Under the pieces are notes generated by a model. It searched no databases and was not told the origin of the DNA. It was given only the letters and a program-made list of their open reading frames with translations. DNA of 64,000 nt from an uncultured Bacteroidota bacterium (GTDB lineage Bacteria > Bacteroidota > Ignavibacteria > Kryptoniales > JAKASW01), in contig CAVQQJ010000008.1 in the NCBI GenBank assembly GCA_963714955.1, positions 2,498,049 through 2,562,048 of the forward strand, written 5' to 3'. This document shows, in pieces, positions 48,672-59,913 of this stretch; positions within the stretch are counted from its first letter, which is position 1, and each line of letters begins with the position of its first letter. Position numbers and translations under genes: made by a program.

Positions 48672-49217
48672 ATGAAGAAGAATATGCATTGGTTGGTCTT
48701 AGGCTTCGTCGTAATCGTCGTGGGCGGCGCTTATTTGGCAAATTCGAATTTTGGTGGGGTTGACACAGCAGTAGCTTCAGTTCTTCCCGCCGATTCGGCG
48801 GCCATCGCACCGGAATTCACGCTTGGTTCCACAGATGGAAAGACAATACGGCTTTCCGATTCCCGTGGTAAGGTCGTCATCCTGGATTTTTGGGCGACAT
48901 GGTGTCCACCCTGTAGAGCTGAGATTCCTGAATTCGTTAGCCTGTACTCCAAGTATAAAGATTTGGGGTTTCAGATGCTGGGAATTTCACTCGACGAAGG
49001 TGGACTGAAAGATGTCGTGCCCTTTATGAAAGATCATGGGATGAATTATCCTGTTGTTCTCGGTTCCGAAGAAGTGGTCTCTGCATATGGAGGGATTAGG
49101 GGGATTCCGACGACTTTTGTAATAGATAAGAGTGGACATGTCCGAGGAAGTTTTGTGGGATATCGTCCAGCGTCAATTTTCGAAAACTTGCTCAAACAGC
49201 TGATAGCTGAAAAATGA
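48672..49217 (+). CDS. TlpA/ResA-like thiol:disulfide oxidoreductase (membrane-anchored, thioredoxin fold)
   Basis: ATG 48672 opens MKKNMHWLVLGFVVIVVGGAYL (a TM anchor). The active site reads VVILDFWATWCPPCRAEIPEF, and GIPTTFVIDKSG is also present. Confidence 0.85.
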   Translation: MKKNMHWLVLGFVVIVVGGAYLANSNFGGVDTAVASVLPADSAAIAPEFTLGSTDGKTIRLSDSRGKVVILDFWATWCPPCRAEIPEFVSLYSKYKDLGFQMLGISLDEGGLKDVVPFMKDHGMNYPVVLGSEEVVSAYGGIRGIPTTFVIDKSGHVRGSFVGYRPASIFENLLKQLIAEK

Positions 49218-49624
49218 AGATACAACTCAAGCAGGCGGATGGGAACACATACATAGGAAAAGGCGAATCGAACCACTGGGTGACCGTCGATACGTCAGCC
49301 GCCGATCACGGGCATGGCGCTGGCACCGGGCCGATGGAACTTCTCTTGATTGCTCTTGCCGGCTGCACGGCGATGGATGTCGAGTTGATATTAAGTAAGA
49401 AACGGGCCGGCATGACTAGACTCGAGATAGAGGTTTCCGGCGATCGTGCTAAGGATCATCCGAAGGTGTTTACCGGTATTCAAATCACTTATGTTATTCA
49501 CGGGGATGTTGCGATGAGCGATGCTGAACACGCTGTCTCATTATCACAGGAGAAATATTGCTCCGTCGCGGGGACTCTGAGACCGAATGTAAACATAACT
49601 TACGAAATAAAGATTGTTCATTAG
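49214..49624 (+). CDS. OsmC family protein (peroxiredoxin-like)
   Basis: 136 aa with PMELLLIALAGCTAMDV and EKYCSVAGTL (the two conserved Cys). The ATGA start overlaps the preceding gene. Confidence 0.85.
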   Translation: MKIQLKQADGNTYIGKGESNHWVTVDTSAADHGHGAGTGPMELLLIALAGCTAMDVELILSKKRAGMTRLEIEVSGDRAKDHPKVFTGIQITYVIHGDVAMSDAEHAVSLSQEKYCSVAGTLRPNVNITYEIKIVH

Positions 49625-49680
49625 CGCAGGCCAAGGCTCCCGTATCCACGGATAATTTCCGAGTCACGGATATGTTGTAA

Positions 49681-50461
49681 CTAGATTTTGAGCTTGCCCT
49701 CCCAATCCTTTTGCATACTTTCAAGGAATATGTGGTGCGTCAAATCAAAATGTATCGGGGTCACTGAAACAAAACCCGATTTCAGAGCGACCTGATCGAT
49801 GTCCTCATCTTTGTCGAGGATTTGCATGTCGCCCGCCAACCAATAGTAATCTCTGTTCTTGGGATCTTTTCGCTGATAAAATTTGTCATCCCACCTAGAC
49901 CGCCCCTGACGTGTAAACTTGATTCCCCTGATTTTATCGGCGGGGATTGCAGGTACGTTTATATTCAGGATAGTGTCTTTTGGTATGCCATGCTTGCAAA
50001 CGAATTTCGCGATCGATGCGGCGATCTTTGCCGCAGGCTCGAAATCGGGATGCTGAGTATACTCGATCGAAGACTGCGATAGCCGGAATTCCGAGTATAG
50101 TTCCTTCTGTTGCGGCGCTGACCGTTCCGGAATAGATGACGTTGACCGCCGTGTTGAGTCCGTCGTTTATGCCTGAGACCACGAGATCAGGTTTAGACTT
50201 GAGGAGAGTCCGAATGGCAAGTTTGACCGAATCGGCCGGCGTTCCATCGACGGCATACCCGAACAGTTTCCCGTCGCGTCTGAACTCATGTGCCCTTAGA
50301 GGGGTTCTGACAGTGATCGCATGTCCAACTGCGCTCTGCTGGATGCTCGGAGCTACGATAGAGACTTCCGCGAATCGCTTTAACCATTTTGATAGCATGT
50401 AAAGGCCAGGTGCGTCGATGCCGTCGTCGTTTGAGATAAGAATGTGTGGTTTCTTCTTCAT
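49681..50461 (-). CDS. surE: 5-prime/3-prime-nucleotidase SurE, frame interrupted at 50070-50071
   Basis: The N-terminus reads MKKKPHILISNDDGIDAPG...YSGTVSAATEGTILGIPAIAV. The expected continuation S-IEYTQHPDFEPAAKIAASIAKFVCKHGIPKDTILNINVPAIP...VSVTPIHFDLT...GKLKI-stop (tag at 49681-49683) is in the other frame, because of one extra T in gtc-t-tcg on the minus strand. Confidence 0.88.
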
Positions 50462-50834
50462 AATGAAATTTAGTCTGAAAACTCATTAGATACACCGGAT
50501 TGTGCAGGCTCAATTTCAATTTAAGCGGTCACCCCGTCCAACCCAGGCGGATCGCGGTCTAAGAACGTCAAAGGTAGATGCTGAGACAAGTTCAGCATGA
50601 CAAAGACTCGCAAGCTGAGGCTTTGCGCACCGGATTCAGTCGATTTCCTGTTTTGATTTTTGTCGATTCCTGTCTGCTGAGCGGGCCAGGGTCAACCGTC
50701 GTCTTGGTCTTCGATGCAAGAAGAATAATTGCTTCAACTTGCTTGGATTTAGACTGGAAAATGATTAATCTTATTCGATAATGTCCCGGCATTTGCGTCA
50801 ACGGGGATATCCTATCATTAATTGAGGAGTAGTA

Positions 50835-51167
50835 ATGAACATCTATGTTGGAAACATTTCGAGGGACCTGAGCGAGGACGAACTGCGTGAAGCATTTGCC
50901 TCATTCGGACAGGTTTCTTCGGTAAACATTATCAAAGACAAGTTTACCGGGGAATACCGAGGTTTTGCATTCGTGGAGATGCCGGTGAAGGAAGAGGCCG
51001 AAGCAGCCATCAGCAGCCTTAATGGGAAAGAACTAAAAGGGAGAGCCTTAAACGTGAACGAAGCTCGCCCGCGGACCGATGACCGCAGAGGCGGTGGCGG
51101 TGGCGGTAGGGGTGGACCGAGACGTAGTGGCAATGGCGGCGGCGGCGGAGGCCGTCGGAGGTTTTAA
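50835..51167 (+). CDS. RRM-domain RNA-binding protein with a Gly/Arg-rich tail
   Basis: 110 aa. RNP2 is MNIYVGNIS and RNP1 is RGFAFVEM. The tail is RRGGGGGGRGGPRRSGNGGGGGGRRRF. Confidence 0.92.
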   Translation: MNIYVGNISRDLSEDELREAFASFGQVSSVNIIKDKFTGEYRGFAFVEMPVKEEAEAAISSLNGKELKGRALNVNEARPRTDDRRGGGGGGRGGPRRSGNGGGGGGRRRF

Positions 51168-51174
51168 TCTGAAC

Positions 51175-51207
51175 CGGTAAGCGGCGCAGAAGACGCGCCG
51201 CTTACCG
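51175..51207 (+). terminator. Terminator-like perfect hairpin after the RRM gene
   Basis: cggtaagcggcgc (51175-51187) and gcgccgcttaccg (51195-51207) form a 13-bp perfect stem with a 7-nt loop. No clean T-run follows (aatgaaatctttctttc). A second hairpin, ccgtgc-ttgaact-gcacgg (51275-51293), is followed by TTTT at 51297-51300. Confidence 0.55.
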
Positions 51208-51610
51208 AATGAAATCTTTCTTTCGGGGTCGGGGTTATAAACACTTGTGTTCCGTAGCCGTGATCGCCTGTGCGCCGTGCTTGAACTGCACGGAGGTTTT
51301 CGCGAAGCCGAAACGTGATCCGAAAAAAGGGACCCTTGAGGGTGTACGGGAGAAAATTCGGCGGCCTCGTTTACGGGCTGAGCGGTGATTTTCTGGGCAG
51401 TCGGGTCGGGTCTGCGTGTTTGCAGTTAATTGATTTTCACTCCAGCGGTTGATATATTAATTCCGGTTTTGCCGAATAATTCATAGTTGTTGTGTGGTTC
51501 ATAATATGCGATGAACGGCATCCCGGACATCAAGCTCGGGGTAGCGAGGTTCGGCATCCGAAATAATTTATTCTTATTTTTTTCCAACTTGAATTCCTGG
51601 AGGAATATTT

Positions 51611-53523
51611 TTGCGCAAGAATCGGTTTAAAATAGTCTTAATTGTTGCCGCAATCGCACTGGCCCTCTATTATCTTTACCCGACATATCAAAGCGCAACT
51701 TATCAAAAGAGACTGGCGCAACTCTCGGGGCAGGTGAAATACGTGGAGTATATTGAATCAAGCCCTCTTCCGCAGATGCCCGACTCAGTTAAACAAACTT
51801 TTCTTGATAGCTTGAGATCGTCTTTTTCTGCGGATAGCATCCAGTATTATGATGCCAATGCAAACAGCATCGTTGATGCGAAGTTGAAGAGAATCAAACT
51901 CGGCCTCGACCTGCAGGGGGAATGCATATCGTCCTTGAAGTGAATGTTCTGAAAATGCTGGACGATATGGCAAAGAACAAGGACCAGATTTTCGAACAGA
52001 TAATGCAGCAAGTCGCTGCTCAGGCGAAGCAAAGCGACGTGTCACCCTTGGATTTGCTAAAGCAGCAATTCGACCAGCGTGGCATTCGCCTTAGCAGATA
52101 CTATGGCGACATCCGCGACGACAACAGTAAAGTTATGTCGTATCTAAGTGACCAAACCAAGACCGCAGTCGACCGTGCCATGGAGATTGTCAGGAACCGC
52201 GTCGACCAGTATGGCGTTTCGGAGCCGTCGATACAAAAACAGGGGAACACAAGATTCATTGTGGAATTGCCCGGCGTTAGTAACGAGTCGGATGTGAGGC
52301 AGTTGCTTCAAGGGACGGCTCTTCTCGAGTTCAAGCTTCTGAAACCGACCGATGTAGTATTCAAAGTTTACCAGGCAATCGACAATATTCTAGCGGGCAA
52401 AAGCGATACACTTGCCACTCCTTCTGATTCCGCATCTTCGGATTCCAACTTGACCGCAGAGCAATTTGCGGTCAAACATCCTTTCTTTGCGCTTGTTCGG
52501 ATTAATTCGCAAACGGGAGATGCATATGTCGGTGAGAACGACAGGGACAGGCTCATGAGGACACTGAGTCGAGAAGATGTGGCCCGGGTTATTCCTACCG
52601 ATTTTCAGTTTCTGTTCAGTGCCAAACCGCAGATAACAGCTCAAAGCGAAAAATTTTACGAGTTGTTTGTGGTGAAGAAGGACCCGGAGTTGACAGGAGG
52701 TGTCGTGACCGATGCTCAACCGCGAATCGACCCGACTACAAGCCAACCGACCGTCGAGATGAAGATGAGCTCTGATGGCTCTCGGGAGTGGTCGCGAATA
52801 ACCGGTGCCAACATCGGGAAGCGTGTCGCAATAGTCCTCGACAATGCCGTTTATTCGGCTCCGGTAGTCCGCGGGAAAATACCAAACGGGAATTCACAGA
52901 TTGAAGGCATGGCGAATATTGAAGAAGCAAACCTGCTTGCAATAGTGTTGCGCGCCGGTGCGCTGCCTGCGCCTGTGGATATCGTCGAACAAAGAAATGT
53001 CGGACCGTCTCTCGGCGAGGACTCGATCAAGAACGGTGTGACATCGGGGATAATCGGACTGGGTATCATCGTCTTTTTTATGATTCTTTATTACCGAACA
53101 GGCGGATCCGCGGCCGATTTTGCACTGCTCCTGAACATACTTTTCATTCTCGGGGTGCTTGCCGGCTTCCATGCCACTCTGACTCTACCCGGTATTGCCG
53201 GAATGATTCTAACGATAGCAGTAGCCGTTGACGCCAACGTTTTGATATACGAGAGGATAAGGGAAGAGTTAAAGACAGGGAAAACACTTAGAGCAGCGAT
53301 AGATCAAGGTTATTCAAAGGCTTATTCGGCTATATTCGATGCCAATATTATTTCCTTGTTTACTGGGGCCATCCTTTACCAATTTGGAACCGGACCCGTT
53401 CAGGGATTTGCCTTGACGTTGATGATCGGAATAGTGGCGAGCTTGTTCAGTGCCATTATTATTACTCGCGTCATTTTCGACCTTATGATGGAACGCGGCG
53501 CCACTCATATAAATTTCGGTTGA
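51611..53523 (+). CDS. secD: Protein translocase subunit SecD, frame interrupted in a G5 run at 51916-51920
   Basis: ORF 51611-51943 reads MRKNRFKIVLIVAAIALALYYLYP...IKLGLDLQG and then goes out of frame. The conserved continuation G-MHIVLEVNV... is ORF 51922-53523 and would be restored by one more G. The C-terminal 6-TM domain shows GPSLGEDSI and AVAVDANVLIYERIREE. Confidence 0.9.
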
Positions 53524-53583
53524 GAAAGAAATTGAAACCGCTGTCGTTGAAAATTTTATTGGAATTAAAAGTTAGGATTTAGG

Positions 53584-54567
53584 ATGCGTTTTTTCCCAAG
53601 AACAAGCGTTGATTTCATTGGAAAGAGGTACATCTGGTACGCTGTTTCCGCTTCTTTGATACTCCTTGGATTGATTACGATTGCTATTCGAGGACTGAAT
53701 TACGGAATAGATTTCAAGGGCGGGTCGGAGCTTACGCTCGATTTCAATCCGGCTCCGAACATAAGCGCGGTGCGTTCATCGCTCGATAAGATCGGCTACG
53801 GTGACGCGGAGATTAAAACCTTTGGAGCAGAGAGCGAACTGCTTATTCGTGTGAAAGCATCTGAAAAAGGGGATCCGACAGATGCGATACTCGGACAGCT
53901 GAAGAGTTCGTTGCCCGGAACGCAGATCAGATTTCTTCAGGGGAACAACATCGGCCCGAAGATCGGACAGGAACTGAGGCGGGATGCCGTCATGGCGATT
54001 TTCTACGTTCTGATTGCAATCCTTATTTACGTCTCCTTCCGGTTCCAATTCATATACGCCCTCGGTGCCGTTATCGCTCTGTTCCACGATGTGCTTATTA
54101 CACTCGGCTTCGTTGGAATCTTCGGCTGGCTCGTCCCATGGCTCAATCTTGAGATAAACCAAACAATGGTGGCGGCATTTCTCACCCTCGTGGGTTATTC
54201 CATGAATGACACCGTCGTTATCTTCGACAGGATTAGAGAAAATCTGAAGCTGTTCAAGGGCGAGAATCTGATTCGTGTAATGAATCGCAGTATCAACGAT
54301 ACCTTAAGTCGCACCATAATTACTTCTGGCACGGCCTTCGTCGTGCTTCTCGTTCTCCTGATTTTCGGCGGAGAAGTGACGAGAGGGTTTGCGTTCTCCA
54401 TGTTGATCGGAGTTGTGACAGGCACGTATTCGTCAATCTACGTGGCGTCGGCGATAGTGGTCGATTATAACGTCTACGTTAAGAAGGTCGATTTGCGCCT
54501 TCATGACGCGCAGTCTCCAGTCTTAGAAATTGAGAACCGATATGAAGTTGCGGCAAAAAGAGCTTAA
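53584..54567 (+). CDS. secF: Protein translocase subunit SecF
   Basis: 327 aa with DFIGKRYIWYAVSA, NYGIDFKGG, GPKIGQEL and YSMNDTVVIFDRIREN. Confidence 0.92.
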   Translation: MRFFPRTSVDFIGKRYIWYAVSASLILLGLITIAIRGLNYGIDFKGGSELTLDFNPAPNISAVRSSLDKIGYGDAEIKTFGAESELLIRVKASEKGDPTDAILGQLKSSLPGTQIRFLQGNNIGPKIGQELRRDAVMAIFYVLIAILIYVSFRFQFIYALGAVIALFHDVLITLGFVGIFGWLVPWLNLEINQTMVAAFLTLVGYSMNDTVVIFDRIRENLKLFKGENLIRVMNRSINDTLSRTIITSGTAFVVLLVLLIFGGEVTRGFAFSMLIGVVTGTYSSIYVASAIVVDYNVYVKKVDLRLHDAQSPVLEIENRYEVAAKRA

Positions 54568-54913
54568 AAGCGGCGTTGTCCTCTTTGAAGTGGAAGGCAG
54601 CATCGTCGGCGGACCCGACGCGATGGCCCTGAACGACGAAGTCCACAAGCTTGTCGGAGCGGGGATAAAGAGGTTTGTCGTCGATATGAAATCCGTCGAG
54701 CATATCAATAGCAGCGGGCTCGGAATTCTGATAGCTAGTCTGAATGCGGTTCGTCAGGCAGGTGGAGATCTGAAAATTGCCAATGCAAGTTCGCGTGTCC
54801 TGGAGCTTCTTAAGATTACAAAGCTCAACCAGATTTTCGAATCTTTCAATTCGGTTGACGAGGCCGTGAAGCATCTCGGCCTCAAATCAGAAGAAGCAAG
54901 TCCAAAGTCCTAG
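54542..54913 (+). CDS. Orphan STAS-domain protein (anti-sigma-factor antagonist-like)
   Basis: About 123 aa from ATG 54542, reading VVLFEVEGSIVGGPDAMALNDEVHKLVGAGIKRFVVDMKSVEHINSSGLGILIASLNAVRQAGGDLKIANASSRVLELLKITKLNQIF. It overlaps the secF 3-prime end by 26 nt. Confidence 0.8.
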   Translation: MKLRQKELKSGVVLFEVEGSIVGGPDAMALNDEVHKLVGAGIKRFVVDMKSVEHINSSGLGILIASLNAVRQAGGDLKIANASSRVLELLKITKLNQIFESFNSVDEAVKHLGLKSEEASPKS

Positions 54914-55015
54914 CTCCTAAGTTAATCCGGTTTGACTTCCGGACCCGGAAAGCGGCGGTTGCCTTCATCATGTCCTCCGGTCCGTCGTTCAGTCAATTAA
55001 GAATTTGTAATCTAA

Positions 55016-56305
<1,290 letters not shown>

Positions 56306-56366
56306 TACGGGGTTTGCTTAGCTCACGGCATTTGCGGGTGTGCTCGGCGCTTGAGCGGTTCACGAT

Positions 56367-57092
56367 TCACAATTCCCAAAAGAGTCCTATCGTAAAATCA
56401 TCTCCGTCAAGATTCACTTTTCCGTATTGTGTCCCGGGGAGCGCGACCTGCAAGCCGGTATATGTTGTCATGGGCGAGGCGAATGAAGAAGTCGTGTTGA
56501 ATTCCGGTGACCTGAACTCCATCTCTGATCGAATGCCAAAGTGATCGGCAAACCTAAATGAGACTCCGGCGCTCACCTGAATCCCGCCAGTTGTTTGCAG
56601 TGGAGTTACAGCTTCGGCATTACCGATTTGCAAATTACGGCTCCCGACATAAATTGCCGGCCCGCCTCCCAAATAAATATCCCATCTCTCGCCCAAAATT
56701 GGAATATTGAAGTAACCGTTCAGCTCCACGACCCAAAGCGTGAAGCCGTCTTTTACCGGCACGTCCACATAACGGCCTGCCTGATCGTATCCGAAGAGGC
56801 TGTAAATCGTCTGTTTATCCGAAAGCTCTTGTGCGCTGAGGCCCACAATGTTGGAGCGACTGAGGATAACACGGAAGTTGACTCCGGGTGAGAGGAATCC
56901 GCCGAAGGAATTGTAAGAGCTGCTTATCGATGGATCGGCATCGCGCGCGGCAGGATAAATCCGAGCGGAAGTTGTGTAATCGAGTAAACCCTCGATTTGT
57001 ATTTTCACGCCGGAAAAGTCTGTTACGGATTGTGCCCATGTTTCCGTGGCTGGAAAGGCAAGAACCGTGATTATCAGCAGAAACCTGCTCAC
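56367..57092 (-). CDS. Hypothetical outer-membrane beta-barrel protein
   Basis: 241 aa with the signal peptide MSRFLLIITVLAFPATETWA/Q. It has alternating-hydrophobic strands and an aromatic-rich C-terminus, FTIGLFWEL. I recognise no family. Confidence 0.55.
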   Translation of the reverse strand: MSRFLLIITVLAFPATETWAQSVTDFSGVKIQIEGLLDYTTSARIYPAARDADPSISSSYNSFGGFLSPGVNFRVILSRSNIVGLSAQELSDKQTIYSLFGYDQAGRYVDVPVKDGFTLWVVELNGYFNIPILGERWDIYLGGGPAIYVGSRNLQIGNAEAVTPLQTTGGIQVSAGVSFRFADHFGIRSEMEFRSPEFNTTSSFASPMTTYTGLQVALPGTQYGKVNLDGDDFTIGLFWEL

Positions 57093-57100
57093 AACTCAGT

Positions 57101-59215
57101 CTACCTGAATATTTTTGCTCGATTATCCTCTATCGACGCATTGTCCCTGAGCTGCTGAATCCAGTCACTGACAATTCTCTGCTTTGCCTGCTGCATCATG
57201 TTTTGCATGATCGATATTCTCTGGATCTTGTACGTGGTCGAGTCGAAGCCGCTCGAGCTTAGAAGCTGAGCTATGTAGACGCCGTTGCTTCCCTCGAAAG
57301 GGTCTGAAACCTGGCCGAGCTTGAGGGTAGTTGCCACCGCCAGAAAATTGAAATCCCGGCCAACGCCCGGTACATAACCCGTCGGCGAAAAAGAACCGGT
57401 CGTCCCGTAACGTAAGCGGCTATCCAAATGTTGAAGACGGCTCAAACTGTCAGTTGCGGTCAGCTTATGGCGAATTTCTTTGGCATAGTTTTCCGCCATC
57501 TCGAATTGTTTCTGTTTCCTCACGTTCGACCTGATCTGTGCCGAAACCTGCTCCAGAGGGGTAACTCCAGCATCTTTGACTTCGCTTATCATAAAAACTG
57601 AGTACCCCTGGGTGAGCGTTATTACGTCGCTGATGTTGCCGAGGGAGCCGTCGAAGGTCCACTTCATGAGGTCTTCATTGCTGCCCACAGTCGGTATGAT
57701 CTGCCCTTTCGGAAATGACGGAGTCTGTCTGACGCTGAGGCTCATGGTTGTGGCTGCCTTGTCGAAGCCATCCTGCTTTGCGATGTAAATAAAATCTTCG
57801 GCGTGCTGTTTCAAGTCGTCTTTCGTCTGCTGAGAAACCTTTATGCTCATCTTGACGTCGGCAATCTTCAGCTCGCGTGAATCTTTGCCCAACACTTTTA
57901 TGATATGTAATCCGAACTGTGTCCTTACCGGTCCGACAATCTGCCCGACACTGCCTTTCAAGCATGCGTCCTCGAACGGCTTGACCATCATTCCTTTGCC
58001 AAACCAGCCCAGATCGCCTCCGCGAGAGGCGGAGCCTGGGTCCTGAGAATATTGGCTGGCTAGCGAAGAGAAATCCACGCCCGACTTCAGCTGTTTTATA
58101 ATTTCCCGAGCATGGTCATAATCTTTGACGGAATCCGGGCCTGGCGCGACCCGGAGAAGGATGTGAGCCGCGTGGACAAATTGGTCTTTCCCGTTTTGTT
58201 CGTCTATAACCTTTATTAAATGAAACCCATCTGAAGCCGAGATCGGACCAATCAGGTCGCCTTTCTTGGCGGCAAATGCGGCAGTCTCAAACTGCGGATC
58301 GATCTGTCCGTGGCTGACAAACTTGTCTTCATATGGATTTTCAGAATATTCCTTCACAAGCTCCAGGAAGTCCGCCTTTGTCTTTGCAAGTGAGGCGACG
58401 CGATCCATTTCCGACTTCACTTCTGTGCTGTCAGCGGCCGACGCGACGATCGGAAAGAGAACGGACTTTAATTTTCGGGTCGGCTGAGTCCTGTATTCAT
58501 CTTGGTGAGAAGAATAATAATCTTTGACTTCCGAATCGGTTATTTTGATGCTCGAGTCAGGATAAAGGACTGACGGTGGGAAAAGAATGTAGGCCGCATC
58601 AAACTTCTCACTTGTTTCCGCAAACTGCATCTGTAATGCACTTTCAGGGATTCTCAAAGCACTATATAACCGGCTTTGTATCTTTTCCTGCAGACGTTGT
58701 TCTTTCAGATACTCCTGAACACTCTTCCAGAACTGGACAACCTCAGGCCGATCCGACTGTCGAGCAGCCTCGAGGATTTGTCGGTTTACCTGACCGGTCG
58801 AATCTTCAAAATTCTTTTTTATCACATCCGGTAATGCTTCGGGATCGTTGAATACCCAATCCTGTATCTCCTGATCCGTAACCACTATACCAAGATTCCT
58901 TGCGGTTTGTTCAATTAGAATTTGATTCACCAGGCTCTGCCAAACCTGATCACGGAGCTGCTCCATAGTCTGGTCGTCCGGGTCTTGCTTTGAGTTGGAC
59001 TTGTACTGGTCCACCATATTCTGAAGAACTTTTTCGAATTGCTGGTAAGTGATTTCCTCCCCATTCACTTTGCCGACGGCGCTGCTTTGATACTGACCGC
59101 CGCTGCGGTTGGTTATTCCCATTCCCCACTCGAATACTATCATTGCGATGAACAGTACGGCAAGTCCAATTAGAATCGCGGGCATGTTATCCCGCATTTT
59201 TGTCATTATAGGCAT
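57101..59215 (-). CDS. Periplasmic chaperone / peptidyl-prolyl isomerase PpiD-like (SurA_N plus parvulin rotamase domains)
   Basis: 704 aa. The N-terminal TM anchor is MPAILIGLAVLFIAMIVF. The parvulin block reads HAAHILLRV...GGDLGWFGKGMMVKPFEDA...VRTQFGLHIIKV. Confidence 0.85.
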   Translation of the reverse strand: MPIMTKMRDNMPAILIGLAVLFIAMIVFEWGMGITNRSGGQYQSSAVGKVNGEEITYQQFEKVLQNMVDQYKSNSKQDPDDQTMEQLRDQVWQSLVNQILIEQTARNLGIVVTDQEIQDWVFNDPEALPDVIKKNFEDSTGQVNRQILEAARQSDRPEVVQFWKSVQEYLKEQRLQEKIQSRLYSALRIPESALQMQFAETSEKFDAAYILFPPSVLYPDSSIKITDSEVKDYYSSHQDEYRTQPTRKLKSVLFPIVASAADSTEVKSEMDRVASLAKTKADFLELVKEYSENPYEDKFVSHGQIDPQFETAAFAAKKGDLIGPISASDGFHLIKVIDEQNGKDQFVHAAHILLRVAPGPDSVKDYDHAREIIKQLKSGVDFSSLASQYSQDPGSASRGGDLGWFGKGMMVKPFEDACLKGSVGQIVGPVRTQFGLHIIKVLGKDSRELKIADVKMSIKVSQQTKDDLKQHAEDFIYIAKQDGFDKAATTMSLSVRQTPSFPKGQIIPTVGSNEDLMKWTFDGSLGNISDVITLTQGYSVFMISEVKDAGVTPLEQVSAQIRSNVRKQKQFEMAENYAKEIRHKLTATDSLSRLQHLDSRLRYGTTGSFSPTGYVPGVGRDFNFLAVATTLKLGQVSDPFEGSNGVYIAQLLSSSGFDSTTYKIQRISIMQNMMQQAKQRIVSDWIQQLRDNASIEDNRAKIFR

Positions 59216-59673
59216 CTTAGGATATTTTCCTCTCGATCAAATTTGAAAACCTTATGCAAAGATTACAGGGCGGCATAATCGGCTGGCTAATGTCCACAAG
59301 CCTCGGGGAAAAACCTAGTGAAAACTTGCCGCTTTAGGCCAAAAATATAACCGTACCCCGTCAGAAAATCAATTTCCATCTTGTGCCTCAAAGGTTCATT
59401 TCACAGCCAAGATTCCAAAAAAAGTATTGAATTCTTGATGGCTCGCGATTAGATTTTCACGACAAAACTGATTAAGGCCGAAGCGAGGAAGAGTTTAAGG
59501 AATCTACGCTCATAAAACTCAACGGCGCTGGATCACATCGTCAGGCGGCAGGAAAGCATGTGAATGCAAACGAATTGCTGTGAAGTTTCTAGTTTTCTAT
59601 CTTGATTGGAGAAATTCCTCCTGAGTTTTTTGATGGCCGAAGAAAACCCAGAATTGAAAGCGGGGATTTAAGG

Positions 59674-59913
59674 ATGCTTATCAAAGTTCTTGGAGCGGGA
59701 TGTTCCAATTGTAAAGCCCTTGAGCTGCGTGCACAACAGGCTGCAGAAGAATTGGAGATTCCGCTGGAAATTCGCGAAGTGCAAGATATCGAAGAGATTG
59801 GCCATTACGGCGTAGTTCAAACACCGGGTCTCGTCATTAACGGACGTGTTGTTCTTGCGGGATATGTGCCGCGGATTGATGAATTAAAAAGTCTACTTAC
59901 ACAGAACGCCTGA
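59674..59913 (+). CDS. Small thioredoxin-fold protein (redox-active disulfide protein 2 family pattern)
   Basis: About 79 aa from ATG 59674, reading MLIKVLGAGCSNCKALE (a CxxC motif) ... VQTPGLVINGRVVLAGYVP. Confidence 0.7.
   Translation: MLIKVLGAGCSNCKALELRAQQAAEELEIPLEIREVQDIEEIGHYGVVQTPGLVINGRVVLAGYVPRIDELKSLLTQNA

Noticed and set aside
59535-59580. gtcaggcggcaggaaagca, which superficially resembles the SRP (4.5S) RNA domain IV motif GUCAGGUCCGGAAGGAAGCAGC.
   Set aside because: There is no GGAA tetraloop helix and no complementary 3-prime strand. The flanks do not form the long SRP hairpin.
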